Below are positions 27,280 to 40,401 of a stretch of DNA of 64,000 nt, piece by piece. Both the position numbers and the translations under genes were made by a program. Below the pieces are notes generated by a model, which worked only from the letters and a program-made list of their open reading frames with translations, was not told where the DNA came from and did not search any database. The first letter of the stretch is position 1, and the number at the start of each line of letters is the position of its first letter. Source of the stretch: Chrysemys picta bellii (lineage: Eukaryota); the NCBI RefSeq assembly GCF_011386835.1, contig NC_088809.1, positions 17,360,001-17,424,000 of the forward strand. Direction: 5' to 3'.

Positions 27280-27433
27280 CCTGGGAGGTATGGGCAATTG
27301 AGGGTTCTAGAGCACTTGTATTGCTTAGAATCATAGAATGTCAGGGTTGGAAGGGACCTGGGAGGTATGGGCAATTGAGGGTTCTAGAGCACTTGTATTG
27401 CTTAGAATCACAGAATGTCAGGGTTGGAAGGGA
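27280..27433. repeat. 77 bp direct tandem duplication spanning a CR1 3' junction
   Basis: 27280-27356 and 27357-27433 differ at one position (CATAGAAT vs CACAGAAT). Confidence 0.9.
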
Positions 27434-27452
27434 CCTCAGGAGGTCATCTAGT
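27403..27452 (-). mobile_element. CR1 3'-terminal stub (~50 bp)
   Basis: TAGAATCACAGAATGTCAGGGTTGGAAGGGACCTCAGGAGGTCATCTAGT matches the CR1 3' end at 37306-37360. Confidence 0.8.
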
Positions 27453-28642
27453 AAGATGGTTCTATCTTTGCAGGTTGCTAAGAATCCTGTTGTAAAACCC
27501 TTTCTAATTACCATTTTGCTTGTTTTCCAGATCAATTCAGGAATGGCTTATAGTAGCTGATACTTTACCAATTCCTAACGTTACAAATTAATGGTTTATG
27601 CCACTTGAAAGCTTGGAAAGCCAGATTTCCCACTGAAACTAGTTATTGCTGCTATCATATTGAACTTCTTACATGAAGGTGCTTTTCCTTTTTGTTGTCT
27701 GTCATTCCCTGTCCAATTTGAATGGATGCATGCTGAGGATTATCCCATTCCATCGGGGACATCACCCAAGCCAGCTATACCCACTAGATAACATGTAGCT
27801 CTTCAGGCTGAGACATGGAGAATTGAGGTTTCAGCTCTAATCCTTTGTGAAAGGCCACACTTCTTTCCCTTCTAATCACTCCCTCTTCTCCAAGTGAAGA
27901 TCAGTGCTTCTGCCCGTGCCCGATGGACCATGCCTGCAGTCACTTAGCAGAGAGGTTGCAGGCACAGATATGCTATGCTCTCTCTGCATTTGGCCAAGGA
28001 GCAAAGGACTGAAATAATGCCATGTAAAAGGTAAGCCTTGCTGCAGGGCCAGCCTCAAATCTCTTTCCTGTTGGCAGTCATTAAAATAGATTAAATAGAT
28101 TACCTCACCAAAATCAAAAGACTTGTGTGGTGCAGAGACACAGTATTTTACTGTTTTGCTCGTCCCCACAAAGAGGGGCCTGCAGAAGGGGACCATGAGA
28201 AACCCCTTTATTAGGTACGATCTGAGAATGTCATTGGATGGGTCGCAGGGTAAAAGCATTGACACAGGGCAGAATGATCAAACCCATCTTCAGATCATTA
28301 AAGTTGCCAATGTGTGTGAAGGGAGAAGCAAAGTAAATACAGCAAGTGCCTGTTTTTATCTCCAGCCAAAAGCGCAGATCACCAAAGCTGAAAGATAGGG
28401 AATTTATCTAGGCCTGAGGTAGGAGTGGGAAAGTGAAAGTAAATCTCATTCCCATTGATAAAAGGCTCTGTGTTTGCCTTCACCTCTGTGTGCCAAGTGA
28501 GGCCAAGCTGCTTTTGCCATTTTTTAAATTAATTCTCCCTTTCGTTGCACCTATCTCGTTCTCCAAGCACACTGAATAATTAACAAAACATAAATTTGAT
28601 CACAACAAATTCAGTACTTCTCAGGCCCTTGTGTGTACTTGG

Positions 28643-28767
28643 TAGGGTGGCCAGATAGCAAGTATGAAAAATCGGGATGGGGTGGGGGAAATAGGGGGGG
28701 GGCCTATATAAGACAAAGCCCAAATATCAGGACTGTCCCTATAAAATCAGGACATCTGGTCACCCTA
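28643..28767. mobile_element. hAT MITE (Blackjack-like TIR)
   Basis: TIRs TAGGGTGGCCAGAT / ATCTGGTCACCCTA; exact 8 bp TSD GTACTTGG (28635-28642, 28768-28775). Confidence 0.9.
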
Positions 28768-30011
28768 GTACTTGGGATTAGCCCTGACTCAACGATTGGT
28801 AGCCAGCAACCAATGGAGCTGAACAGGTGCAAACCTGACATGTAGATTACAAAATCTGTCCTTTACACCAGCTGAGTTTACAAAAGTTTCAATCATCTCC
28901 ATTGGTGCAAATTGGAGCTTTCTTTGTCTACATTTGGGGTTTGGACTGGTGCAGCTACACTAGTAATTGGCCTCCATTGGCTGAATCCCAAGTATTGACC
29001 AATACATTAGATACAAACATTTGCTGCATGGACTGGGGAATATCACAGCATTGGGGAAAACATGCTTATTTTATAGCATACTACAATATCTTGAAATAAT
29101 GGTCCAAAACACGACAGTTTTATAGTAGCCATATTGAAGGGATTGGGATTATTGCTTTAGAATACTGTAGAATTTTCTTTTACTTTAGGAGTAACTGGTC
29201 CACCACATACTTACATTTACTACTCTGAGTTTATAGTATAGCCATTGAGTGTTGCTATTTACACTGCTTACCTTCATTACAGGAACTTGGTGTTAATTAA
29301 TGACATTGCCCTACGGAGCAGGAAATACCCAACAACACAGAATGTTAAGGCTTGAGGTTTGTATGTAGGCTTCCAACATGTATTTGAGGTTTGCCAGCTC
29401 GTGGGATTTCTGCTCAGCCCTGCTTTACAGGCTGAACAAAATATTTTTATATTTAAAGAGCACCAAGTATATAATTATAATAATTAATTAATACATTGTA
29501 CCAAAAGGGTGCTTCCAGTACTTTTTCCTCAATACTCAGTTCTTTATTCTTTGTAGGTGTTGTCTTACAGTCTAGGAAAATCCCTTTTTTAGTTTTGTAT
29601 TTAAATTAGTTATGATATCCTCCAGTTTATTTCAATACATGAAGTCTCATGTTTAACTTGAAGCACATAAGTAAGTAGACCCCACTGAAGATAGTGCTGT
29701 ATTGCAGCCTTTAAGTTAACTTTACACTGTTTATTTCTTTGGCTGTATTGGGACCCTAGATTCTACAGTTTTTGTCCCCTTCCTTTTACATGTGTGGTAT
29801 AATAATAAATAAAAAGCATTTGGGATACAGTAGCTTGGTTATCTGTGGCTATAACAGGGCAAATAATTTGTAATTAATTTTACTGAACATTCCCTAAATC
29901 TGATAGAGTTGTCTGTAAGCGGATAGGGATTTTTGCTGATTTAGAAATGATTTGCCAAATAACTTATTTGGATAATTTTTTGGCCTGTAGCTGCTTGTTG
30001 GAGGTGGTTTA

Positions 30012-30139
30012 ATTATGTCGTTATGTCGACGGGAGAGCTCTCTCCCATTGGCATGGAGCGGCTACACGAGAGATCTTACAGTGGCACAGATGCATCAATG
30101 CAGCTGTGCCGCTGTAAAGTCTCTAGTGTAGACATAGCC
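30012..30139. mobile_element. PIF/Harbinger MITE half
   Basis: Ends TAGTGTAGACATAGCC followed by TTA, as in the Harbinger MITE at 36862-37169. Confidence 0.6.
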
Positions 30140-30305
30140 TTAGAGACAGATTTCCAATACGAATACTTGTGTTTGCAAATTTTAAGATGTGCCTTATATG
30201 ACTGTTCCCTAATGTTTCCTTAATTTCATTATCATGCAACTCCCCCCCAGTCTTGTAACCTCCCCATAGTTACTCAAGAGAGGAGAGAGTTGGGCCCTGT
30301 GTATT

Positions 30306-30552
30306 CAGGGCCACCGAGAGCAGGTTCGGGCCCCGGTGAAAATTTTTTTTCGGGCCCCTCAGCAAGGGCAGACCGGCTAAACAGGGCCGACGAGGAGGGG
30401 GGGGGGAAAGCCGGGTCCCTGGCCCTCTTCCGGACTGCCGGGCCCCAGTAAGATGACGAGGGGGGGGGAAGCCAGGCCCCGGGCTCCTTTCCGGACCGCC
30501 GGGCCCCAGTAATTTGTATCGGTCTCCCCCCCCCCCCCCCTCGTCAGCCCTG
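30306..30552. mobile_element. GC-rich hAT MITE with internal duplication
   Basis: TIRs CAGGGCCACCGAG / CTCGTCAGCCCTG; 8 bp TSD TGTGTATT / TATGTATT; two ~60 bp internal repeats ending GCCGGGCCCCAGTAA. Confidence 0.8.
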
Positions 30553-31479
30553 TATGTATTCGTATTAATGGCGCTTATGAAGTTAGCGGAATACAGCAGC
30601 TGGGCTAATAGCAGTGTGTTTTTTACTGAGTGTCTAAACAAGATGCAAAACATTACACTCTGTGTAATTGTGTATCTAATCTTGACTAAGAAAATCCTTA
30701 TAATGGGAATGAGATCCTATTGCAAACTGCTGATTAATCAGCAGCTGCTTGGATGGCTGGACACTAGAATAGCAGGCAATCAATCATTAGACAGATTCAG
30801 CAAAATAAGCAGAGTGACTTCAGTCCTCTTTCACAAGTAAAGACACTTCAGAATCGCAGTTGCTTTCAGAGTCCCCTTGTTGGCTCAGGAAGTGCAGGTG
30901 AAGTCAGTTGTTACCATCGCAGTTCCCCGCACTCCCAATATGTCTGCATCGTGTTATTGACCACTTGAGATAGGTGATGGTGCTCATGAAGGCACACAAT
31001 CCTGTCAGTTTCTTCTGCAAGTGTGCGCCACTCTGTTGGAAAGCTTGGAAGTTCTGAGTGAGAGGTATTTGTTGACTGGGTATAACCAAGATGGAGGCAG
31101 AATGAAAAGCGATGGTACTCCATGATAAATCTATGCTAATTGATGCTATCTGAAGTTTTGCCCCTTCATTTCTATTTTTTACACCATTTAACTTAGTTTG
31201 TTGGATTCTGACGGGCTAGTGAGCAATAATTAGTATGAGCCATCTAGCTGAGGTCACGTTGTTGTGTGGCATGTTGTTTACTACTTCACTTTCTTCCAGC
31301 CATCTCCCTCTTCCCCCATCTCCCCCACAACGAACACCAGTAATAGCTAGAAAGTTATTCTGTGGTAATGGGAGAATTTCATTCTCAAGGGCCATAGTGG
31401 GAGCAGCACCTTCTTGTCTATTTGTTTTTCCATTTCATTTTTAAAAATCGTATGAATAATTTACATCTAAACTCCTCCT

Positions 31480-31752
31480 CCTCCTCATTTATTATTACAG
31501 TTGTCCCTAACTGAAATTATAGCCCCATAATACTAGTCAGTGTAAAAACACAGTCCTTACCTTGAATAGTACACTCTGCATAGAAAAGATGGACAAAGGA
31601 AGTATTATTTTTTCTTATTTTGCAGATTAGGATCTAAGACACATAAAACTTAAGTGACTTGCCCAAGGTCACACAGAGAGTCTGTGGCAGAGCCTGCAAT
31701 TGAATCCAGATCTCTTGAGTCCCAGTTCTGTGCCTTAATCCCAAAGGCATCC
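31480..31752 (-). mobile_element. MIR/CORE-like SINE
   Basis: AAGTGACTTGCCCAAGGTCACACAGAGAGTCTGTGGCAGAGCC...GAGTCCCAG. Confidence 0.7.
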
Positions 31753-34700
31753 TTCCTCTCTGTGAAATACAGCAGATAGTCCACAATACGTCACCATGTC
31801 CCCCTGACTTTTACGTTGCCAAGCTTTATCTGGAAAGCAGGCTCCTCCAGCTTCTTGAGTGACATATTCTAGTATTTTAACATTTACTTGAGTTATATAA
31901 CAGCCAAACAGTCTGTTTTGTGAGTTTAATATAAACCTAATTCCAGTGAGTCACATGCCGTGCTTGCAATGGTGCAAAGTTAATGAGTCAGGGGAGTGAG
32001 GGTGATTCTTTCTGGGCTTCTGCATGGAAATCTCTTGCTGCCTGAAATATCCCTGATGCCTCATAGTCAAGTAAAACTGCCAATTTTCCTCCCCCCAGTC
32101 ACTTTCCATCATTGGGGACTTGTTCCGCAACTTTGAAAGAGCAGTTGATGCATCACATCAGCTCTCATTCTTCAATACCATCAAGCCCAGTGGTCTTCAT
32201 TAAAGTGATTTCTGTGCTACAAGTAATTGTCTGAAGCCATCTCCAAAAGAAGTGTGCATGGGTGTCCCAAATTCTCCATGATCTTGGCCATTATTTAAGT
32301 GCATTGCAGGGCAGAGGAAAGGGGTGTGTGTTGGGAGGCGGGGAGAGAGAATGATAATGGCCACTCAATTAAAAAAACACAGCCTGGTTCTTGTCCTGTA
32401 GAAATATGCCTTTTATAAAAAATCAAAAAGTGCAACATCCACTTAATGTGAAAACTTGGGCATAAATCTTAAGGACCAAATCCTCAGCTGGTGTAAATCA
32501 GTATAACTCCACTGAAGTCAACAGAGCTATGCCAGTTTACACCAGCTGATGCTCTCATTTCTTCTTAATGTCAAAGTGAATATCTTTAGATGTTCTTTCA
32601 TGTGCACTGAATTGTAGTATGCAGAATGACCCTCTGTTTTTGCTCACAAATGTTAGTGCTGTCCACATGTACATGTACCTGGCATAGTTCCAAGCAACAC
32701 TGAAAGGAAACTGAAATCCATCCTTGCTGGAAGTTCACCCCAATAAACATCGAATTGTTTGCACCTTTGGACTTCAGGTATTGTTGCTCTCTGTTCATGC
32801 AAAAAGGACCAGGGAAGTGAGAGGGTAAAGGAATATGCCCCCTAACAACTCTGGCAGCAGTTCTGAGCAAGACCAATCTACAGCAGTTTAATAGTTTGGC
32901 TGGTCTCCTCGGCATGAACTGGTAACTGAGTCAGTTAGGGCCTGATCTTACTCCAATTTAAGTCAAAATAAAACTCCCATTGAGTTCAGTGCAAATGGGA
33001 TTAGGCCATAGTATTGTCTGATGTCTTTCAGAGAAATCTTCTCATGCTGCAGACACCTTTCAGGGTCTCACATAACCTAGCTCATCACTGGGGCGTAGTT
33101 GAGCATGATTTAAAATTATGAAACACAGCAGCGCTGAAGGATTTTTATTTCTTTTAAACTTGGTCAGTGAATATGTTGGATGTACAAGAGAAAGGACCAG
33201 CAACAGTTTCTTGAGCTACACACTAATGCAAACAGGTGGTGTGCAAACTTCCACCACACAACTCAGACAGTTTAGTCTGCAACACCTTTGCAGTTTGAGT
33301 CCAGTGCACCTCTTGAGCAGAGACTGCCAGTCATGTCCCTCTGGTGGTTTTTGTGATGTGCACAAGTGGAGATCAGAATAAGGTCACCAAACTAGTTAGC
33401 ACTTGTAAGAAGATTTTGAACTGGAGGTTCCAGAAAGGAAAAACTAAGCTACAGAACTCACTGTGCCACCTAGCTGCTTGATCTTGAGTTTAGCTGTTTA
33501 GCTAACCCGGCATGTTTCTTGTTTCTAACTTGTTTGCAAGAATGGAAGGGAAGTGCTGGCTTATGATACCCAGTCCTACACTAATTTAAAAGCATGCAGA
33601 GCACTTGTACATTATTTTCATCTCCAGATAGCCTAATTTCTATTGTTTCACCCCACCCTTCCTTATAGCCTTGTGTCTGCCATCCCTGTCAAGTTTTTCT
33701 GATCAAGTTCCACTCCCTTTTAGAAATTGAGGCGCTCACTTTAGATTCTTTGTTTCTCTTTTTGATGCTTCACAGATTGTCACATGGAGCGGAGTTGCTG
33801 TCTTACTAGCACACTCTGTGGTTGTAGGCAGCTGGGCAGGCCTGACACTTCAATGATCTTTTCCATTCACACTGAGCCAATTGTTGAGAGATGCCAATGG
33901 TGCAACCTAGAAGCCTGGAAAAAACCCACAGGTCTGGAATTTCTGAGCCTTATGTGTTCAAGGCTTTGCAAGTATTTCCAACCACACCCAAGTGGAGTTT
34001 CTTGATGAGTAAAAGGGAAAATGTTAGTTTCTCCTGCAGTTGAGACATTTACAAGCAAATCCTAAACTTCAACTTCTTCTGCCTGCACCAATTAATATGT
34101 GAAGTTCTGCTCAAGAAGGCAAGGCAGCCAGGGAGTGAAATTCATCTGGGGAATCAGTACACTGGAGCAGTAACAAAAACAAACAGAACATCTATGTTGA
34201 AAAATTGGAGTTTAAAAATGTTTGCTTATAATCAAAATGATGCTATGGTAACAGAATGTTTGATTTACCACTGATAGTGTCCTTAGAAAGGCTGCAGTAG
34301 CTGCTGATGACTGTTTTGTGGTTTTTCGTTCCAATAACGTCTCTTACATTAATAGATAGCTGCTTATGGTCTTATCTCTGTGTTAAACACTCAGACAAAG
34401 AATTTTGTTATCTAGGGCCCAGTCCAACTTGTATTAAAGCCTGTGGACAGATGCCAATGACTTTATTTGGACCATTTTTTCCCCCTAAAGAGTGCGGGGG
34501 GGAGGGGAGGAGCTTCAAGAGCTCAGCACCCACATTTGGGGTCAGAATTTTCAGCCACTCCAATTATGATACCTGTGGCCAGCTTTTCAAAAGAGCTGGG
34601 CATCCAGCGTGCACCTAACATGCTGAGCTCTTTTGAAAAGCTGGCCCCAATTGCAGGTGATGATCCCTTCTGAAGTCCTTAGTATCTGCATCTGCTGGAA

Positions 34701-35511
34701 CTCAGTAATAGAAGTGGGGTGTGCCAAATTACCTGGCTGTCCTTTGACTAGCTCTGTGTCCCAGGAGAGCTCTGTGGTTGAGGTATACTTGCATATCTAC
34801 CTGGCCTGTGCAATTATCATTTCATCTCCACCCCAATGGTGCTCTCAGAGCCTGATGGCCGCAGTCACACATCAGTGTTGCTAGAAGAATTCTGCATGGG
34901 AATGTCTTCATAGGCAGCCTTTGTGAACACAGCTGAGATAAACGCTTTACAGAACTAAATGCAGTAACAGCTAATCCCTCAGAGCAGTCACCTGGGTCTT
35001 GCACGCTGAACAGAGGCTTTGCTGCTTTGATTAACAGCACTGGCAAGAACATTAATTCACTTTTTCTTTGGAAATGAGAAGTATCTATCAAGAAGAAGTT
35101 AAGGGATTAAGTACCAGCTGGAATATTGAGGTGGGTTTCCTGACCCAATATGTAGATATAAAATCTAGATCAGTAATGTGCTCAGTATTTATTAGTAAAT
35201 ATGCACTAATTCTGTCACTCTAAGGAGATTCACTGTAGTGGAGAGGATCAACACAAGGCCTATGCAACGCTTGAGACCTACTTACACCCTATTTTCAGGA
35301 TTTAAGTGATGTATAGGTATCGTACTGGTCTTCTGCACTGGGGTGAAATTCACTCTGGGCATATGCTGAGCTTGCTATATTAACAACTGACAAACTATCA
35401 ACCAGCAGTTAAAGGACACATCCCAATTTTTAAAGCCTCAGCAAGACCCAAAATACTTTGATTCTCGCCTCCCCAGCAAAAGCCTAAGCAAATAAAAGCA
35501 CCTTGCTGTGC

Positions 35512-35620
35512 CAGTGTTGCCAACTCTTGCAATTTTATTGTATCTTATACTTTTTAAGCCAGTCTCATGATTTTGGGGGGCCTGAGTCCTGATCGTTTGA
35601 ACACTGCTTGTTGGCAGTAC
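35512..35620. mobile_element. Short hAT MITE (deleted derivative)
   Basis: CAGTGTTGCCAAC...GTTGGCAGTAC; probable TSD TGCTGTGC / CGCTGTGC. Confidence 0.55.
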
Positions 35621-36861
35621 CGCTGTGCTCCCTCAATATCAACAAACACAGACCCTGAGTGTTGGAGCAGTGGGGAAAGTGACCCTTTCACCGGCATCTC
35701 CTTGATGTTTAACTCAGAGGACTGTTAACTCAAGCAGCAGAGCTGATCTCCATGTCCTGAGTATAAAATGTAAAGGGAGACGTGGTCTCTCGATAGGCAG
35801 ATCCCACGCTATTAAGTACTTTAAAACTACTCCTTTGAACTGCACCTGGAAATGAACTGATATTCAGTGCAGGTGTCATGCTCTGTGCTAAAAGCACTGC
35901 TGAGTAAGGGCAAGGTTCTGATACCTTCACTCATGTTTAGTAGCACCTTACCTCACAAGTAGTCCCATGGGTAAGACTTTGGTAAGGTACTGTTCAATAT
36001 AAGTAAAGGTATCAAGTGAACAACCACCTTAAGTGTTGAAACAATACAAGAAACAAACCCACACTCCCCAGTTCACTAGTTTCCATCGAATCTCAAACAT
36101 GTTTTTTCTCCTAAACAAATATTTTAGGATTTTTTACCATCTTCCATCTAGCTATAAAACAGTCAAGTAAAATACAAAGGAAAAGTCACTTGACAGACTT
36201 ATACATTTTATATCCAGTGCAGCTTTTAGTACTTGAAATACTTTCAAAAGCCTGTTTAATTCACAACTCGTGTTTTTCCTACTGAATTTCCTATCCTAAG
36301 TAAATAGCATATGGCAAAACATTTCAAAGCACACTTTGCTTGTTTGACACTTATGGCCAACGTTTTGGAAACAACCAAACACTAGAAATTATATATATTT
36401 ATAACTGTAATTGATTATTATTATTATTATTTGAAACCTTTTTGTTGCAATTGTCAGTTTCCAAACTCTACAAAGCAGCGCTCCAGCAATGTATATATTG
36501 GCGATTGTCCCAGTTAAACATTTCAGAAGATGAAAATACTGGTCATTCTTTAAAGGAAGCTCAGGGCTTCAGCCATGGAAAACAGTGATGTTGCACTTCG
36601 CTTTCAAACACCAGTGGAAGCTAATGAGACCTACAATACTAATACTCTTTTTGAGACAAGGATCTCAAAGGACTTGAGCGTCAAACACCTACGGATTAGG
36701 GAGTTATTAGCTCCATTTTACAGAGAGAGAAACTGAGGAATTGAGAGATTTGTAACATATCCAAATTAACACTCCAGATTGGTAACAGATTCAGTAGTAC
36801 AACTCAGCTATCCTGACTTCCAGTCCTGGACTATTAGCACTAGACCAGGCTCTCTCTCTTA

Positions 36862-37169
36862 GGGTATGTTTACATTGCAAACAGGAGGTGTGATTACAGC
36901 ATGTGTAGACATACCTGAGCTAGCTTTGATCTAGCAAGCTCGCTAAAAATAGCAGTGAAGCCACAACAGCATGGGTGGTGGCATGGGTTAGCCACCTGAG
37001 TGGAAGCCCTTGTGAGACTCTGGGCACCTTTTGCTCAAGAGCTAGCCCATGGCACCAATAATGCTGCCACAACTTCACTGCTATTTTTAGCAAGTTAGCT
37101 TGATCAAAGCTAGCTTGGGTATGGTGCAGTGCTGCAAACACACCTCCTAGCTGCAGTGTAGACATACCC
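36862..37169. mobile_element. PIF/Harbinger MITE
   Basis: TIRs GGGTATGTTTACATTGCA / TGCAGTGTAGACATACCC; TTA on both sides; long internal inverted segments (GCTAGCTTTGATC / GATCAAAGCTAGC). Confidence 0.85.
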
Positions 37170-37393
37170 TTAGGCTTGATGATTGCTTAGTGACGATAGC
37201 AGATAAAGATCATGTTGTATAGCACTTAAAATGATGTAGTTAAAGCCTAACCTATCCTTTTGAAAATTTCTCTCTAAATCATAGAACTGGAAGGGACATC
37301 AAGAGATCATAGAATCATAGAATATCAGAGTTGGAAGGGACCTCAAGAGGTCATCTAGTCCAACCCCCTGCTCAAAGCAGGACCAATTCCCAG

Positions 37394-40243
37394 CTAAATC
37401 ATCCCAGCCAGGGCTTTGTCAAGCCGGGCCTTAAAAACCTCCAAGGAAGGAGACTCCACCACCTCCCTAGGTAACGCATTCCAGTGTTTCACCACCCTCC
37501 TAGTGAAATAGTTTTTCCTGATATCCAACCTGGACCTCCCCCACTGCAACTTGAGACCATTGCTCCTTGTTCTGTCGTCTGCCACCACTGAGAACAGCCG
37601 AGCTCCATCCTCTTTGGAACCCCCCTTCAGGTAGTTGAAGGCTGCTATCAAATCCCCCCTCATTCTTCTCTTCTGGAGACTAAACAATCCCAGTTCCCTC
37701 AGCCTCTCCTCATAAGTCATGTGCTCCAGACCCCTAATCATTTTTGTTGCCCTCCGCTGGACTCTTTCCAATTTTTCCACATCCTTCTTGTAGTGTGGGG
37801 CCCAAAACTGGACAAAGTATTCCAGATGAGGCCTCACCAATGTCGAATAAAGGGGAACGATCACGTCCCTCGATCTGCTGGCAATGCCCCTACTTATACA
37901 GCCCAAAATGCTGTTAGCCTTCTTGGCAACAAGAGCACACTGTTGACTCATATCCAGCTTCTCGTCCACTGTGACCCCTAGGTCCTTTTCTGCAGAACTG
38001 CTACCTAGCCATTCGGTCCCTAGTCTGTAGCAGTGCATGGGATTCTTCCGTCCTAAGTGCAGGACTCTGCACTTGTCCTTGTTGAACCTCATCAGGTTTT
38101 TTTCGGCCCAATCTTCTAATTTGTCTAGGTCCCTCTGTATCCGATCCCTACCCTCTAGTGTATCTACCACGCCTCCTAGTTTAGTGTCATCTGCAAACTT
38201 GCTGAGAGTGCAGTCCACACCATCCTCCAGATCATTAATAAAGATATTAAACAAAACCGGCCCCAGGACCGACCCTTGGGGCACTCCGCTTGAAACCGGC
38301 TGCCAACTAGACATGGAGCCATTGATCACTACCTGTTGAGCCCGACAATCTAGCCAGCTTTCTATCCACCTTACAGTCCATTCATCCAGCCCATACTTCT
38401 TTAACTTGGCGGCAAGAATACTGTGGGAGACCGTATCAAAAGCTTTGCTAAAGTCAAGGAATAACACATCCACTGCTTTTCCCTCATCCACAGAGCCAGT
38501 TATCTCATCATAGAAGGCAATTAGGTTAGTCAGGCACGACTTCCCCTTCATGAATCCATGCTGACTGTTCCTGATCACTTTCCTCTCCTCTAAATGTTTC
38601 ATAATTGATTCCTTGAGGACCTGCTCCATGATTTTTCCAGGGACTGAGGTGAGGCTGACTGGCCTGTAGTTCCCCGGATCCTCCTTCTTCCCTTTTTTAA
38701 AGATGGGCACTACATTAGCCTTTTTCCAGTCATCTGGGACCTCCCCCGATCGCCATGAGTTTTCAAAAATAATGGCTAATGGCTCTGCAATCTCACCCGC
38801 CAACTCCTTTAGCACCCTTGGATGCAGCGCATCCGGCCCCATGGACTTGTGCACGTCCAGTTTTTCTAAATAGTCCCGAACCACTTCTTTCTCCACAGAG
38901 GGTTGGTCACCTTCTCCCCATGCTGTACTGGCCAGTGCAGCAGTCTGGGAGCTGACCTTGTTCGTGAAGACAGAGGCAAAAAAATCATTGAGTACATTAG
39001 CTTTTTCCACATCCTCGGTCACTAGGTTGCCTCCCTCATTCAGTAAGGGGCCCACACTTTCCTTGATTTTCTTCTTGTTGCTAACATACCTGAAGAAACC
39101 CTTCTTGTTCCTCTTAACATCTCTTGCTAACTGCAACTCCAAGTGTGATTTGGCCTTCCTGATTTCACTCCTGCACGCCTGAGCAATATTTTTATACTCC
39201 TCCCTGGTCATTTGTCCAATCTTCCACTTCTTGTAAGCTTCTTTTTTGCGTTTAAGATCAGCAAGGATTTCACTGTTTAGCCAAGCTGGTCGCCTGCCAT
39301 ATTTACTATTCTTTCTACACATCGGGATGGTTTGTTCCTGCAACCTCAATAAGGATTCTTTAAAATACAGCCAGCTCTCCTGGACCCCTTTGCCCTTCAT
39401 GTTATTCTCCCAGGGGATCCTGCCCATCTGTTCCCTGAGGGAGTCAAAGTCTGCTTTTCTGAAGTCCAGGGTCCGTATTCTGCTGCTCTCCTTTCTTCCT
39501 TGTGTCAGGATCCTGAGCTCGACCATCTCATGGTCACTGCCTCCCAGGTTCCCATCCACTTTTGCTTCCCCTACTAGTTCTTCTCTGTTTGTGAGTAGCA
39601 GGTCAAGAAAAGCTTTGCCCCTAGTTGGTTCCTCCAGCACTTGCACCAGGAAATTGTCCCCTACACTATCCAAAAATTTCCTGGATTGCCTGTGCACCGC
39701 TGTATTGCTCTCCCAGCAGATATCAGGGTGATTAAAGTCTCCCATGAGAACCAGGGCCTGCGATCTAGCAACTTCTGCTAGTTGCCAGAAGAAAGCCTCG
39801 TCCACCTCATCCCCCTGGTCTGGTGGTCTATAGCAGACTCCAACCACGACATCACCCTTGTTGCTCACACTTCTCAACTTTATCCAGAGACTCTCAGGTT
39901 TTTCTGCAGTTTCATACCGGAGCTCTGAGCAGTCATACTCCTCTCTTACATACAACGCAACTCCCCCACCTTTTCTGCCCTGCCTGTCCTTCCTGAACAG
40001 TTTATATCCATCCATGACAGTACTCCAGTCATGTGAGTTATCCCACCAAGTCTCTGTTATTCCAATCACATCATAGTTCCCTGACTGTGCCAGGACTTCC
40101 AGTTCTCCCTGCTTGTTTCCCAGGCTTCTTGCATTTGTGTATAGGCACTTAAGATAACTCATCGATCGTCCCTCTTTCTCAGCATGAGACAGGAGTCCTC
40201 CCCTCTTGTGCTCTCCTGCTTGTGCTTCCTCCCAGGATCCCAT
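37394..40243 (-). CDS. CR1 ORF2: APE endonuclease + reverse transcriptase, uninterrupted 949 aa
   Basis: APE motifs [25 protein letters not shown]; RT motifs [34 protein letters not shown]; no stop or frameshift. Confidence 0.95.
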   Translation of the reverse strand: MGSWEEAQAGEHKRGGLLSHAEKEGRSMSYLKCLYTNARSLGNKQGELEVLAQSGNYDVIGITETWWDNSHDWSTVMDGYKLFRKDRQGRKGGGVALYVREEYDCSELRYETAEKPESLWIKLRSVSNKGDVVVGVCYRPPDQGDEVDEAFFWQLAEVARSQALVLMGDFNHPDICWESNTAVHRQSRKFLDSVGDNFLVQVLEEPTRGKAFLDLLLTNREELVGEAKVDGNLGGSDHEMVELRILTQGRKESSRIRTLDFRKADFDSLREQMGRIPWENNMKGKGVQESWLYFKESLLRLQEQTIPMCRKNSKYGRRPAWLNSEILADLKRKKEAYKKWKIGQMTREEYKNIAQACRSEIRKAKSHLELQLARDVKRNKKGFFRYVSNKKKIKESVGPLLNEGGNLVTEDVEKANVLNDFFASVFTNKVSSQTAALASTAWGEGDQPSVEKEVVRDYLEKLDVHKSMGPDALHPRVLKELAGEIAEPLAIIFENSWRSGEVPDDWKKANVVPIFKKGKKEDPGNYRPVSLTSVPGKIMEQVLKESIMKHLEERKVIRNSQHGFMKGKSCLTNLIAFYDEITGSVDEGKAVDVLFLDFSKAFDTVSHSILAAKLKKYGLDEWTVRWIESWLDCRAQQVVINGSMSSWQPVSSGVPQGSVLGPVLFNIFINDLEDGVDCTLSKFADDTKLGGVVDTLEGRDRIQRDLDKLEDWAEKNLMRFNKDKCRVLHLGRKNPMHCYRLGTEWLGSSSAEKDLGVTVDEKLDMSQQCALVAKKANSILGCISRGIASRSRDVIVPLYSTLVRPHLEYFVQFWAPHYKKDVEKLERVQRRATKMIRGLEHMTYEERLRELGLFSLQKRRMRGDLIAAFNYLKGGSKEDGARLFSVVADDRTRSNGLKLQWGRSRLDIRKNYFTRRVVKHWNALPREVVESPSLEVFKARLDKALAGMI

Positions 40244-40287
40244 TTCCCCACTTACCTCAGGGCTTTGGTCTCCTTCCCCCGGTGAAC

Positions 40288-40401
40288 CTAGTTTAAAGCC
40301 CTCCTCACTAGGTTAGCCAGCCTGCTGGCGAAGATGCTCTTCCCTCTCTTCGTTAGGTGGAGCCCGTCTCTGCCTAGCACTCCTTCTTCTTGGAACACCA
40401 T
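40288..40401 (-). pseudogene. CR1 ORF1 C-terminal fragment (SGNH esterase-like)
   Basis: [37 protein letters not shown], with the DGLH motif; cut by the 5' truncation. Confidence 0.85.

Noticed and set aside
37721-40076. Plus-strand ORFs within CR1
   Set aside because: Antisense shadows of ORF2.
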